58,679 bases of DNA, filler included, from Actinomycetota bacterium (GCA_046725875.1; 3 parts of 3 records of this genome joined end to end with filler, not necessarily neighbours in it), one strand, 5' to 3'. Positions 19,665 to 29,056 are shown, counted from the first letter of the whole stretch. The notes: generated by a model not told the origin, from the sequence alone. Translations and numbers: made by a program.

Positions 19665-19731
19665 TGCCGCCCGTCGCCGATATTCAGCAGATGCTCACCG
19701 TTCTGCGCGCCCTCCCCTCGTGCCGCTCCTC
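19620..19731 (+). repeat. 56-bp tandem duplication of the DUF559 3' end
   Basis: GCCGATATTCAGCAGATGCTC(G/A)CCGT(G/T)CTGCGCGCCC... occurs at 19620 and 19676. Confidence 0.85.
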
Positions 19732-19749
19732 GCCGCCACCCATCGATGC

Positions 19750-19815
19750 TTGATCGCCAAAACGTGGATCATACTGTTCGGCAGCGGACACTCTGATCCA
19801 CCTTTCCGCGATCAA
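19750..19815. repeat. 66-bp palindromic REP-like element, copy B (inverted relative to copy A)
   Basis: TTGATCGCCAAAACGTGGATCATACTGTTCGGCAGCGGACACTCTGATCCACCTTTCCGCGATCAA; reverse complement matches copy A at 52/66 without gaps. Confidence 0.85.
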
Positions 19816-19873
19816 CGGATGGGAGCTGAGCCTGGGTCCGCCGCGATGGCGCGGGGCCGACCCACGGGGCATC

Positions 19874-20878
19874 TCAGGCACCCACGGCGGCTCGGATGGT
19901 CTCCTTCAGCGAGCCCATGGTGGCGATGACGGCGGTCGGTTCATAGCCGCAGTGGGCCATGCAGTTGTAGCAGCGCTCGTCCTTGCCCCGCCCGTAGGCG
20001 TCCCAGTCGGTCGTCTCGATGAGCTGCTTGTACGTCTTCGTGTAACCGTCGGCGAGCAGATAGCAGGGTCGCTGCCAGCCGAGGAGCGAGTACGACGGGA
20101 TGCCCCACGCGGTACACGCGAAGTCGATCTTTCCCTCGAGGAAGTCGAGGAACAGCGGCGAGTGGTTGAGCCGCCACCTCTTGCGCCGTCCATCAGCGAA
20201 CGCTTTGGAGAACAGCCCCCGGGTCTGCTCGACGGCGAGCCAATGGTCCTGGTCGGGTGCTTTCTCGTACGCGTACCCGGGTGAGATCTGCATGTTGTCC
20301 ACGCGGAGCTCGTCGTTCAGGTAGTCGAGAACGTCGATGACGTCCTGCGGGGAGTCGAGGTCGAAGAAGGTGGTGTTGGTCATCACCCGGAAACCGGCCG
20401 CCTGAGCCTGCTTGACGGCCGCCACCGCCTGGTCGAATACGCCGTCCTTGCACACCGACGCGTCGTGCCGCTCGCGCAGGCCGTCGATGTGCACCATCCA
20501 GGCGAAGTTGCGGTGCGGCTTGAATTTGTGCAGGTGCTTGGGCATCAAGACGGCGTTCGAACAGAGGAACACAATCTTCTTGCGCTTCAGGAGCTGCCGG
20601 ACGATTTCGTCGATTTGCGGGTGCATCAATGGCTCTCCGCCGGCGATGGAGACCATCGGCGCGCCGCTCTCCTCGATCGCGCCAATTGCCTGCTCGACGG
20701 GCATCCGCTGCTTCAGGATGGTGTGCGGCTGCTGGATCTTGCCGCAGCCGGCACACTTCAGGTTGCAGGCGAACAGCGGCTCGAGCTCGACCAGCAACGG
20801 GAACTTCTCGCGGCGCAGCATTTTCTGCTTGAGCAGATAGTTGCCGAGCCGGATGCTCTGACGCAGTGGCATCGCCAC
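19874..20878 (-). CDS. hpnH: Adenosyl-hopene transferase (radical SAM)
   Basis: MAMPLRQSIR, LEPLFACNLKCAGCGKI (CxxxCxxC), CYNCMAHCGYEPTAV. Confidence 0.96.
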   Translation of the reverse strand: MAMPLRQSIRLGNYLLKQKMLRREKFPLLVELEPLFACNLKCAGCGKIQQPHTILKQRMPVEQAIGAIEESGAPMVSIAGGEPLMHPQIDEIVRQLLKRKKIVFLCSNAVLMPKHLHKFKPHRNFAWMVHIDGLRERHDASVCKDGVFDQAVAAVKQAQAAGFRVMTNTTFFDLDSPQDVIDVLDYLNDELRVDNMQISPGYAYEKAPDQDHWLAVEQTRGLFSKAFADGRRKRWRLNHSPLFLDFLEGKIDFACTAWGIPSYSLLGWQRPCYLLADGYTKTYKQLIETTDWDAYGRGKDERCYNCMAHCGYEPTAVIATMGSLKETIRAAVGA

Positions 20879-20880
20879 GG

Positions 20881-22473
20881 TCAGCTCACCTCCTTGGGCA
20901 GGGTGAAATGCACGTCCTCCTCGACAACCTGCGTTTCGCGCACGACCACGGACCCGAGGCCCGACAGCGCGTAGATGAGGTCGTCGACAAGCCTTGGTGG
21001 TGCGGAAGCGCCGGCGGTAATGCCGACCCGGCCCGCACCGGCAAGCCAGCGCAGGTCGACCTCCCCGGCGTCGTCGATGAGGTACGCCGGCGTGCCTTCG
21101 CGCTCGGCCACCTCTACCAGGCGCTTCGAGTTGGATGAATTGGTCGAACCGACGACCAGGACGAGGTCGGAGTCGCGGGCCACGGCGCGCACGGCGCTCT
21201 GCCGATTCGTCGTCGCGTAGCAGATGTCGTCCTTGCGCGGTGCCGACAACGACGGGAACCGGTCGCCGAGCACGGCTGCGATCTCCTCCGCCTCGTCCAC
21301 GGCGAGGGTCGTCTGCATCGCGTAGGCAACGGCGTTGGGGTCTGCCGGCACGGCTCGCGCGGCCTCGTCCCTGGTCTCGATCACGATGACGTTGGAGGGT
21401 GCCTCGCCTGAGGTTCCCTCGACCTCCTCGTGGTCGCGGTGGCCGATGAGGAAAACGGTGTCCCCGCGGCTCGCGTAACGGCGTACCTCCGCGTGCACTT
21501 TCGTCACGAGTGGGCAGGTCGCGTCGATGACCGACAGGTTGCGGACTGCCGCGTCCGCCCGCACAGCCGGCGAAACCCCATGTGCGGCGAGGACAACCAT
21601 GCTGCCCTCCGGTACCTCCTCCACCTCGGTCACGAAGACCGCGCCGCGGTCCTGCAGCTGGCGTACGACGTGGGCGTTGTGCACGATCTGGCGGCGGACA
21701 TAGACGGGCGGTCCGTAGCGGTCGAGCGCCCGCTCCACTATGTCGATGGCCCGCTCTACACCGGCGCAGAACGACCGGGGGCTTGCGAGCAGGACCTCGC
21801 GCGCGCCGATGGCGGCCGCCCACTGCTCGAATGCAGGCACCGCGCGGCCCAACGCGCGCAGGGCGGACCGGCCGCGCACCAGGGTTCCCGGGCGCAGCAA
21901 CGGCTGGTCCGGGGTGTCCACGATCGCGCGCACGGTTGCAAAGGGACCGTCTCCGGCGGCCGGTGCGAGGTAGGCCGATTCCATGTCTACGGCGAGCGCC
22001 CGCCCCTCCGACGGCCCCAGCTTCGGCAAGCCCTGCGCGAGCTTGGGCACGGAAATGATCGGCCCGAGGTGCACGTCCAAACCCAGCCGGCGCAGCGCGC
22101 CCGCGAGCAGTGGCGCTGACGGGCTTGGCACCATGCCGGAGGCCGATCCGACTGGTGGCCTACGGCCACCTGGCACTAGGGCGGGGTCCCCGTGAAATCT
22201 TCCAGCGAGCGGAAGCGAGCGAAGATTCGGTGGGGTGCCTTCGGCGCTCGCCCATACCTCGGTGGCGACGACCAGGTCGCCAGGCTTCACCCGGTCTGCG
22301 AGGCCGCCGGCGACGCCGGCCACCAGCACGGGGAGTGGGGCTGGAGAGCCAAGCCGCGCCGCCGCGGATTTCGAGCGTCGCACTCCCATCCCGGTGCGGA
22401 CTACCGGCACTGCCGCACCTCGGACGGCAGCCTGCTCCACGGCCAGGGGGGTGCAGATCACGGCTGGTCTCAC
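20881..22473 (-). CDS. ispH: Fusion: HpnG-like nucleoside phosphorylase domain + HMBPP reductase IspH/LytB
   Basis: N-half RTGMG, AGVAGGL...PGDLVVATEV, AVDMES, VRAIVDTP; C-half SFCAGV, QIVHN, AHGV, DATCPLV, DDICYATTNRQ, SSNS; GTG start overlaps shc stop. Confidence 0.9.
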   Translation of the reverse strand: MRPAVICTPLAVEQAAVRGAAVPVVRTGMGVRRSKSAAARLGSPAPLPVLVAGVAGGLADRVKPGDLVVATEVWASAEGTPPNLRSLPLAGRFHGDPALVPGGRRPPVGSASGMVPSPSAPLLAGALRRLGLDVHLGPIISVPKLAQGLPKLGPSEGRALAVDMESAYLAPAAGDGPFATVRAIVDTPDQPLLRPGTLVRGRSALRALGRAVPAFEQWAAAIGAREVLLASPRSFCAGVERAIDIVERALDRYGPPVYVRRQIVHNAHVVRQLQDRGAVFVTEVEEVPEGSMVVLAAHGVSPAVRADAAVRNLSVIDATCPLVTKVHAEVRRYASRGDTVFLIGHRDHEEVEGTSGEAPSNVIVIETRDEAARAVPADPNAVAYAMQTTLAVDEAEEIAAVLGDRFPSLSAPRKDDICYATTNRQSAVRAVARDSDLVLVVGSTNSSNSKRLVEVAEREGTPAYLIDDAGEVDLRWLAGAGRVGITAGASAPPRLVDDLIYALSGLGSVVVRETQVVEEDVHFTLPKEVS

Positions 22474-24659
22474 GAGCGCGCTCCCGACTCCTCGAGTGGG
22501 CGGCCCGGATCTTCGCGGTGGATCCGCGCGGTTGTCCCGGGTCCCTCCGCGCGGGGGTTCCGGAGGTTTGTCCCCCGTTGACTCTCCGGCGCCCGAGACG
22601 TTGCGGTCACGTAGCGGCCAAGTGCCGATACCGGGAAGACGAGCCGGTAAAGGTGGTAGTTGATGTAGAAGTCGCCGGGGAAGCCGGTTCCGGTGAACTC
22701 CGGCTCGTCCCAGGTGCCGTCTGATCGCTGGGTGTCGCAGAGCCACTCCACGCCGCGCCGGGCCGACTCCGAGCCGGCTTCGCCGACGGCCAGCAGCGCG
22801 AGCAGCGCCCACGCGGTCTGAGACGCGGTGGACGTTCCCCGGCCTGCCCAGGAACGATCCCGGTAGGACCGAAGGTCCTCACCCCACCCACCGTCCGGGT
22901 TCTGATGCTCTTCGAGCCAGCGGACCGCCCGGCGAATCGGCGCGGCGGACGGCGACGTGCCGGCCGCGACAAGCGCTGGGACAACTGCTCCGGTCCCATA
23001 TACGTAGTTCGCACCCCACCGGCCGAACCACGATCCGTCCGGCTCCTGCCGGTCGAGCAGCCACCGGATGCCGCGCTTGGCCGGCCGCTGATTCACCAGT
23101 CCCTCGGCGGCGAGCATCTCGACGATATGCGCGGTGACGTCCGCCGACGGCGGGTCGATGACCGCGCCGAAGTCGCAGAACGGCAGTTGGATCGCGAGCG
23201 TTTTCGTGTTGTCGGCGTCGAATGCGCCCCAGCCGCCGTCGGAGGACTGCATCCCGACCGTCCACGACACACCACGGTCGATGGCAGCACGCAGCGCCGC
23301 AGGCTCGGCTTGATTCGAGCCTTGGGCCGGGCTCGACGCGCCCAGTCCGGTGGCTACCCGCCGCAATCCGAGCACGACCTCGGCGGTGTCGTCGGTGTCG
23401 GGATAGCAGTCGTTGGCGAATTCGAACGCCCAGCCGCCAGGGGCGAGCCGCGGCCGGCGAACCGCCCAGTCGCCGCGGACCCGGATCTCCTCGTCGAGCA
23501 GCCACCCGGCCGCGCGGATGACCGATGGATCGGCCGCGGGGACGCCGGCATCGAGCAGGGCGGTAACGGCCAGCGCCGTATCCCAAACCGGGGACTGACA
23601 TGCCTCCAGCCGGCGCACCCGGCCGTGCCGATTTTGCTCGCGGATCAGGAACCCTTCGAGACCGTCCAGGCCGCGCCTGACCGCCGGATGGTCGAGCGGA
23701 TAACCGGAAAGGTGCAAAGCCAGCAGCGAGTAGACCCACGGTGGTTGGATGCCGCCCCAGCCACCGTCCGCCTCCTGCCGGGCCAGGATCCACTCCAGGC
23801 TGCGGCGGATCGCCCGGCGGCGAAGCGGGCCGATGGGGTGGCGGGAGTACGCGTGCAGCAGCCGGTCCAGTCCCTTGAAGAGGCCCTCCCACGTCCACAG
23901 CCAGGCCCGCCGGTTGGCCATCCCGCCGGCGCGGATCTCGTCGATACCGATGGGCTGTGCTTGCCCGTCGGAACGGCCCCCATGGACCCGTTGGAGCGGC
24001 CGGACCGGCCGCAGCGCATTCACGATCGTCAGCGGAACCACGGTCTGCCGCGCCCAACACCCCCAGTTGTAGATATTGAGCGGGAACCACTTAGGCAGGA
24101 AGATCATCTCCGGCGGCATGATGGGCAGGTCGTCCCACGACCACAACCCGAACAAGGCGAGCCAAATCCTGGTGAAGACCCTGGTGCTCTCCACGCCACC
24201 GTTGGCCAGGATGAACTCGGTGGCCTTCGCCATGTGTGGCGCATCGGGAGGATCCCCGGCGAGCCGCAGCGCGACCCAGGCCTCGCCGGTTGTCGACAGC
24301 TCGCCGGGTCCGCCGTAGAACGTCGCCCAGCTCCCGTCGGCGCGCTGCTGCGAGCGGATCCAGCGGGCCGACTCCTCCAGCTGGTCGGGCCGGAGTATTC
24401 CGAGGAACTGGCGCAGCAGTAGATCCTCGGCATCCATCGTCACGTTCGTCTCGAGCTCGCCCTTCCACCAGCCGTGCTCGTCTTGCAGGCAGCGCAGGTG
24501 CTCGACCGCCGCCGACAGCGCAGCTGCCGCCTTGGCATACAGCGCGTCAGCTTCGCCGGGAGCCTCAGCCGCTACTGTTCCCGGGACGAGATCTGGCGCG
24601 GTGGGGCCAAGTCCCTCAGGGGGACGACCCCGCCAGACCCGCCCGACGTCAGGCATCAC
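22470..24659 (-). CDS. shc: Squalene-hopene cyclase
   Basis: WKGELETNVTMDAE, QSPVWDT, DTDDTA catalytic motif, several QxxDGxW repeats, GTGFPGDFYINYHLY. Confidence 0.97.
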   Translation of the reverse strand: MMPDVGRVWRGRPPEGLGPTAPDLVPGTVAAEAPGEADALYAKAAAALSAAVEHLRCLQDEHGWWKGELETNVTMDAEDLLLRQFLGILRPDQLEESARWIRSQQRADGSWATFYGGPGELSTTGEAWVALRLAGDPPDAPHMAKATEFILANGGVESTRVFTRIWLALFGLWSWDDLPIMPPEMIFLPKWFPLNIYNWGCWARQTVVPLTIVNALRPVRPLQRVHGGRSDGQAQPIGIDEIRAGGMANRRAWLWTWEGLFKGLDRLLHAYSRHPIGPLRRRAIRRSLEWILARQEADGGWGGIQPPWVYSLLALHLSGYPLDHPAVRRGLDGLEGFLIREQNRHGRVRRLEACQSPVWDTALAVTALLDAGVPAADPSVIRAAGWLLDEEIRVRGDWAVRRPRLAPGGWAFEFANDCYPDTDDTAEVVLGLRRVATGLGASSPAQGSNQAEPAALRAAIDRGVSWTVGMQSSDGGWGAFDADNTKTLAIQLPFCDFGAVIDPPSADVTAHIVEMLAAEGLVNQRPAKRGIRWLLDRQEPDGSWFGRWGANYVYGTGAVVPALVAAGTSPSAAPIRRAVRWLEEHQNPDGGWGEDLRSYRDRSWAGRGTSTASQTAWALLALLAVGEAGSESARRGVEWLCDTQRSDGTWDEPEFTGTGFPGDFYINYHLYRLVFPVSALGRYVTATSRAPESQRGTNLRNPRAEGPGTTARIHREDPGRPLEESGARS

Positions 24660-25744
24660 GCCTCCCTCGACACGATGAAGCGGCCGAGCGCCACCAGGTC
24701 GTCCCGCGGCCGGGCCGGGATGGCGACCTCGTCCAAGGCGAGCCCGCCGAGGTCGAGGCGTCGCTGCGCCTCGGCGAGTGTCCAGTCCCGTCCGCCATGA
24801 ACCGCAATGAGGTCGGCGATATGGCGCAGCTCGGCATCGAGAGACTCGCGGCCGGGCAGCTCCGTCGACCCGCCACTGTCCGCTTTCGGGGAACCACTTC
24901 CGCAGGCCGGCGTTCCGGTCTGGACCCGCGTCGACAGCCAGCCGGCCAGCTCGTCGGCGGCCGGGCCTCCCTGCGCAAGCACATAGGTCACGGGCAGCGA
25001 CTTCTTGCGCGAGCGGAGGTCGGAGAAGACCGGCTTACCGGTTACCGCCGGATCGCCCCAGATGCCGAGCACATCGTCGACGAGCTGGAAGGCGAGCCCG
25101 AGGTGGGCCCCGAATGCCGCCAGCGCGCCAACGACCTCGTCGGATGCGCCCGCGAGCACCGCGCCAATCGCCGCGCTCGCCGACAGCAGGGAACCGGTCT
25201 TGCCGGCGGCCATATCGAGGCACTCGTCGAGGCTCACGTCAGCTCGGTGCTCGAACGCCAGGTCCTGGACCTGTCCGCGGATGAGGTCGCGAGTCGCGGT
25301 GGCGAGCAGCCGCCCGGCCGCCGTGGCGTAGGGCGACCCGCTCTCGAGCAGAGCTTCCTGGGCCACGGCGAGCAGCGCGTCACCGGTCAGGATCGCGCTC
25401 GACGGACCCCACAACGCCCACACCGTCCGCCGGTGCCGCCGCTCAACGTCGCCGTCCATGAGGTCGTCGTGCAGCAGGGAGAAGTTGTGTACGAGCTCCA
25501 CGGCGACGGCGCCCGGCAAGCCCACCTCGGGTGGCGCGCCGGCCGCCTCGGCGGACAGTAGCGCGAGCGCCGGACGTACCGCCTTGCCGCCGCCACCCTG
25601 CGCTGGCCGGCCGTCCGCATCGGTCCAGCCGAGGTGGTAAGTCGCCTGTGCACGGCAGGTGTCATCTAGCCGGTCGATCGCGGCGCGCAACGCCGGCGCG
25701 ATCGCCCCGCGGCTGCGCTCCAGCGAGGTAAGCAGCGTCGTCAT
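24656..25744 (-). CDS. Polyprenyl (farnesyl/geranylgeranyl) diphosphate synthase
   Basis: GKAVRP, HNFSLLHDDLMDGD, GKTG, AFQLVDDVLG, KKSLP. Confidence 0.93.
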   Translation of the reverse strand: MTTLLTSLERSRGAIAPALRAAIDRLDDTCRAQATYHLGWTDADGRPAQGGGGKAVRPALALLSAEAAGAPPEVGLPGAVAVELVHNFSLLHDDLMDGDVERRHRRTVWALWGPSSAILTGDALLAVAQEALLESGSPYATAAGRLLATATRDLIRGQVQDLAFEHRADVSLDECLDMAAGKTGSLLSASAAIGAVLAGASDEVVGALAAFGAHLGLAFQLVDDVLGIWGDPAVTGKPVFSDLRSRKKSLPVTYVLAQGGPAADELAGWLSTRVQTGTPACGSGSPKADSGGSTELPGRESLDAELRHIADLIAVHGGRDWTLAEAQRRLDLGGLALDEVAIPARPRDDLVALGRFIVSREA

Positions 25745-27090
25745 GCCACAATCCCCTCGGCGACGGCCTGGTCGAGGAGGGCGGTGGCGGCGGCGGCGCC
25801 GCTGCGCACCGCGCCCTCCATGGTCGCGGGCCACCCGGTGGCGGTCCATGCGCCGGCAAGGAACAAGCCCGGGTGGGCGGTAACGGGCCCGGGACGTAGC
25901 CGGCCGGTGCCGGGCAGCGCCCGGAACGTCGCCTCCCGCTCACGGGTGACGAAGAAGTCCAGAACATGTGCGTACCGCGCCGCCGGCAACAGCGCCTCGA
26001 CCGCAGCAAGGATCTGCCGGCGGATCTCCGCGACCGGTAGGTCCACCGAGTTGTCTGCCGCCGACAGGGAGACGGCTAGATACTGCCCGCTCGCCAGGCC
26101 CGCCGGTTCGCTGCGGTCGAACACCCACTGGATCGGTGTGCCGACGCCCGCCACGAACGGCTCTTCGAGCACTTGCCGGTCGTAGACCACATGCACGTTG
26201 ACGATCGGCGACGCGCCCAGCTGGGCCGACCATCCCGGCGGAAGCCGCAGGCTTCCGTCCGGCAGCAGCCGCTCGGCGGCGACGGGAGGAGTCGCCACAA
26301 CGAGCTGGTCCGCCGCGGATTCCTCCCCCCGCGTCCGGATCAGCCAGCCCTGCGAGCGGCCGACCGCGACCGACTCCACCCGGGTGTTCGTATGGACCGT
26401 GACCCCGGCCTCGGTCAGTGCGGGCAGTGCGGCATCTCCATGCAGCCGGCCGAGCGGCACCCTGGACCAGCCGATATCGGCCGCACCCGAGTCGGTGAGC
26501 AGCCCAACCTGGAAGACCATCGCGGCCAGGGCCAGCGACGCCTGGTCGGCCGAGACGTTGAGGGTTGCCCGTCCGACGAGGTCCCAGAGCGCCTCGACCG
26601 CCCGCGGGCTCTGTCGATGCGCGGCCAGCCAGCCTGCGAAGCTCTCCCGATCGGTCGCCGGGTCGTCGACATCGATCCGTCGCATCGCGAGAGCCGCACG
26701 AATCAAGCGCACCCGTTCTGCGCGTCGCAATGGCCCGTAGGTGAGAAGCGACCGGCTTAGGTGGAACGGCGCGGGCAGGTTGTTGCGCCGCAGCCGGCTC
26801 GGCTGCCGGCGTCCGGGCGTCCGGACCGGGATGTCCAGTCGCTCCTGCAGCGCGGCCAGCTCAGTCACCCCGAGGCGGTCGAGCAGCGCGCGGTAGGCAG
26901 TACAACAGCGCAAGAACACGTGCTGACCGTTGTCCACGTGAAGAGATCCGCGACGGAAGGAGTATGTGAGCCCGCCCAGGCGCGGTTTGGCCTCGAACAG
27001 CTCGACGGAGTGCCCCGCGTCCGCGCAGCGTAGTGCGGCGGTGATGCCTGCCAGCCCACCGCCGACCACGGTCACCCGCCGCCCGCTCAT
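25741..27090 (-). CDS. hpnE: Hydroxysqualene dehydroxylase
   Basis: VVGGGLAG, VDNGQHVFLRCC, WPATMEGAVRSG; operon position. Confidence 0.94.
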   Translation of the reverse strand: MSGRRVTVVGGGLAGITAALRCADAGHSVELFEAKPRLGGLTYSFRRGSLHVDNGQHVFLRCCTAYRALLDRLGVTELAALQERLDIPVRTPGRRQPSRLRRNNLPAPFHLSRSLLTYGPLRRAERVRLIRAALAMRRIDVDDPATDRESFAGWLAAHRQSPRAVEALWDLVGRATLNVSADQASLALAAMVFQVGLLTDSGAADIGWSRVPLGRLHGDAALPALTEAGVTVHTNTRVESVAVGRSQGWLIRTRGEESAADQLVVATPPVAAERLLPDGSLRLPPGWSAQLGASPIVNVHVVYDRQVLEEPFVAGVGTPIQWVFDRSEPAGLASGQYLAVSLSAADNSVDLPVAEIRRQILAAVEALLPAARYAHVLDFFVTREREATFRALPGTGRLRPGPVTAHPGLFLAGAWTATGWPATMEGAVRSGAAAATALLDQAVAEGIVA

Positions 27091-27950
27091 GCTGCCCGTC
27101 CCCTGACCAGGGCACCGGCTGCCACGCCGAGCTTCTGCCATCCGGACAGGGACAGCCGCCGATCGAAGACGGCGGCCGGCTCCGCGGCGATCTGATGCAG
27201 CAGGCGGCGGTAGATGCCCGCCATCGCGGTGCAGCACGCACGGCTGCGGCGGTCGAGCAGCGGGACTAGATTCAGGCCTTCCGCGTACCAGCCTTCCGCC
27301 CGCCGCGCGCTGAACTGGATCAGGGCCCGCAGCCCGCCGTCTCGATCCACAAGTGCGTCACGCTCGTCGAGCCCGAGCTGGACGCCGAACCTGTCCAGAT
27401 CCTCCTTGGGCAGGTAGATCCGGCCGTTCGTCAGGTCCTCCCTAATGTCCCTAAGGATGTTCGTCTGCTGGAGTGCAATGCCCAACGAGTCCGCGTAGCG
27501 CGCTGCGGCGGGATGCGGTCGACTGCCGAAGACGCCGAGGCAGAGCCGACCGATCGAGCCGGCGACACACCGGCAGTAGTCGACGAGTTCCTCGAAGGTC
27601 CCGTACGTCCGGCCGACGACGTCCATCTCGACCCCGTCGACGAGTTCGGCGAACCCCCCGAGCGGGATGGGATAGCGGCGAGCGGCGTCGGCCACAGCTA
27701 GGAGGACCGCGTCCGAACCGGCCCCTATCGTCTGCAGAGATTGGCGCAGCTCGGCAAGAACCGCGGCCTTTTCGTCGACCGGCATGTCGCCGTCGCCGAT
27801 GTCGTCTACTCGGCGAGCGAGAGCGTAGACGGCGCAGAGCGCGTCTCGCTTGCCAGGCGGGAGCAGGCGGATGCCGTAGTAGAAGTTACGGGCCTGCTCC
27901 TTGGTGATCGTGCGGCACCTAGCGTAGGCGTCGGCTAGTTGCGAGGTCAC
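27087..27950 (-). CDS. hpnD: Presqualene diphosphate synthase
   Basis: QARNFYYGIRLLP, ARRVDDIGD, TNILRDIRED, GRIYLP; GTG start overlaps hpnC stop. Confidence 0.93.
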   Translation of the reverse strand: MTSQLADAYARCRTITKEQARNFYYGIRLLPPGKRDALCAVYALARRVDDIGDGDMPVDEKAAVLAELRQSLQTIGAGSDAVLLAVADAARRYPIPLGGFAELVDGVEMDVVGRTYGTFEELVDYCRCVAGSIGRLCLGVFGSRPHPAAARYADSLGIALQQTNILRDIREDLTNGRIYLPKEDLDRFGVQLGLDERDALVDRDGGLRALIQFSARRAEGWYAEGLNLVPLLDRRSRACCTAMAGIYRRLLHQIAAEPAAVFDRRLSLSGWQKLGVAAGALVRGRAA

Positions 27951-28921
27951 CGTGTCCCCCCATGCGGTGGTCGCCGCGTTTGCCGAGGGGACGAACCTCC
28001 TGGCACTCGCCATCGCCTTGTGCCGGCCAGCAGGCGGAGCAACTCGGCGAGGACATCCCGGCGGCGCGGCCGGGGCGGGCCTTGGAGTACGTCGTAGCCG
28101 GCCCGCCTGATCGCGGCGATGGCGGCCCGGCCGCCGGCGACGTAACCCGCGACCGCGATTCGGGCCCAGCCGTTCAGCGACCCGACCAGCGGTGTGCCCG
28201 AGTCGAGCAGCTTCGCCGCCCGGCCGATCTCGAACCCGATCAGCTGCCGCAGCGCAGGCGTCGCGGCCGGGCGGTCGAGATCCTTCTCGGCCACGCCATA
28301 AGCCGCCATATCCCGCATCGGCAAGTAGATTCGGCCGGCTCGCCGATCCTCGGCGATGTCCTGCCAGTGCTCGACCAGCTGCAGCGCGGTGCAGACCCGG
28401 TCGGACAGCTCCACCCGCCGTGCTGTGCTCGCGCCGAAGATCTCCAGAACGACCCGACCCACCGGGTCTGCCGACAGAGTGCAGTAGCGGCGGAGGTCGT
28501 CGTAGGTCTCGTAGCGGTTGACTGCTTGGTCCTGCAGGTTCGCGGCGACCAGCCGGTCGAAGGGCTCGGCGTCCAGATCGCAGACCCGGACGGTGCGGGC
28601 CAGTCGCTGCAAAACTGGTGCCGACGGCCGGCGACCCTGCCAGATAAGAGCGAGATCGGCCCGAAGCTCGCGGAGCTGCTCGGTCCGATCTCCCGCGGCC
28701 GCGTCACCCAGGTCGTCGATCACCCGGGCCACGTCGTAGAGCGCGCGCAGATGGACGCCATAACGACGGGGGAGCACCGTCAGCACAACCGGGAAGTTCT
28801 CCGCCCGCTCCTTCTGGCGCAGCGTTGCCGAATCGACGCCCGGTTCGCCGCTCACGACGGGCGCGTCGTTCTTCGCTCTCCCTCGAGCGCCCGGGCCGGG
28901 AGGCGTCAAGTGCTGCACCAC
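27947..28921 (-). CDS. hpnC: Hydroxysqualene synthase
   Basis: AENFPV, IDDLGD, YCTLSADPVGR, EHWQDIAED, GYVAGG. Confidence 0.93.
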   Translation of the reverse strand: MVQHLTPPGPGARGRAKNDAPVVSGEPGVDSATLRQKERAENFPVVLTVLPRRYGVHLRALYDVARVIDDLGDAAAGDRTEQLRELRADLALIWQGRRPSAPVLQRLARTVRVCDLDAEPFDRLVAANLQDQAVNRYETYDDLRRYCTLSADPVGRVVLEIFGASTARRVELSDRVCTALQLVEHWQDIAEDRRAGRIYLPMRDMAAYGVAEKDLDRPAATPALRQLIGFEIGRAAKLLDSGTPLVGSLNGWARIAVAGYVAGGRAAIAAIRRAGYDVLQGPPRPRRRDVLAELLRLLAGTRRWRVPGGSSPRQTRRPPHGGTR

Positions 28922-28989
28922 TTAGTCGATGTTGCAGCCCGACGGCGGTATGACTCTGCGCCGGATGGAGTAATTCGCAGCCCGCCGTG

Positions 28990-29006
28990 TTGTCACCTCC
29001 GTACAA
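28990..29006. promoter_or_regulatory. Putative PucR/CdaR-family operator
   Basis: TTGT-CACCTCCGT-ACAA (TTGT-N9-ACAA) between hpnC and the divergent PucR gene. Confidence 0.55.
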
Positions 29007-29056
29007 ATCCGGACGGCGGCAACCCGCCGGACGCATCTATGGGGTAAACCACAGGG

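Noticed and set aside
19874..21823. 649-aa extended HpnH
   Set aside because: The extension is an alternative frame over ispH; the real start is 20878 after AAGGAGG.
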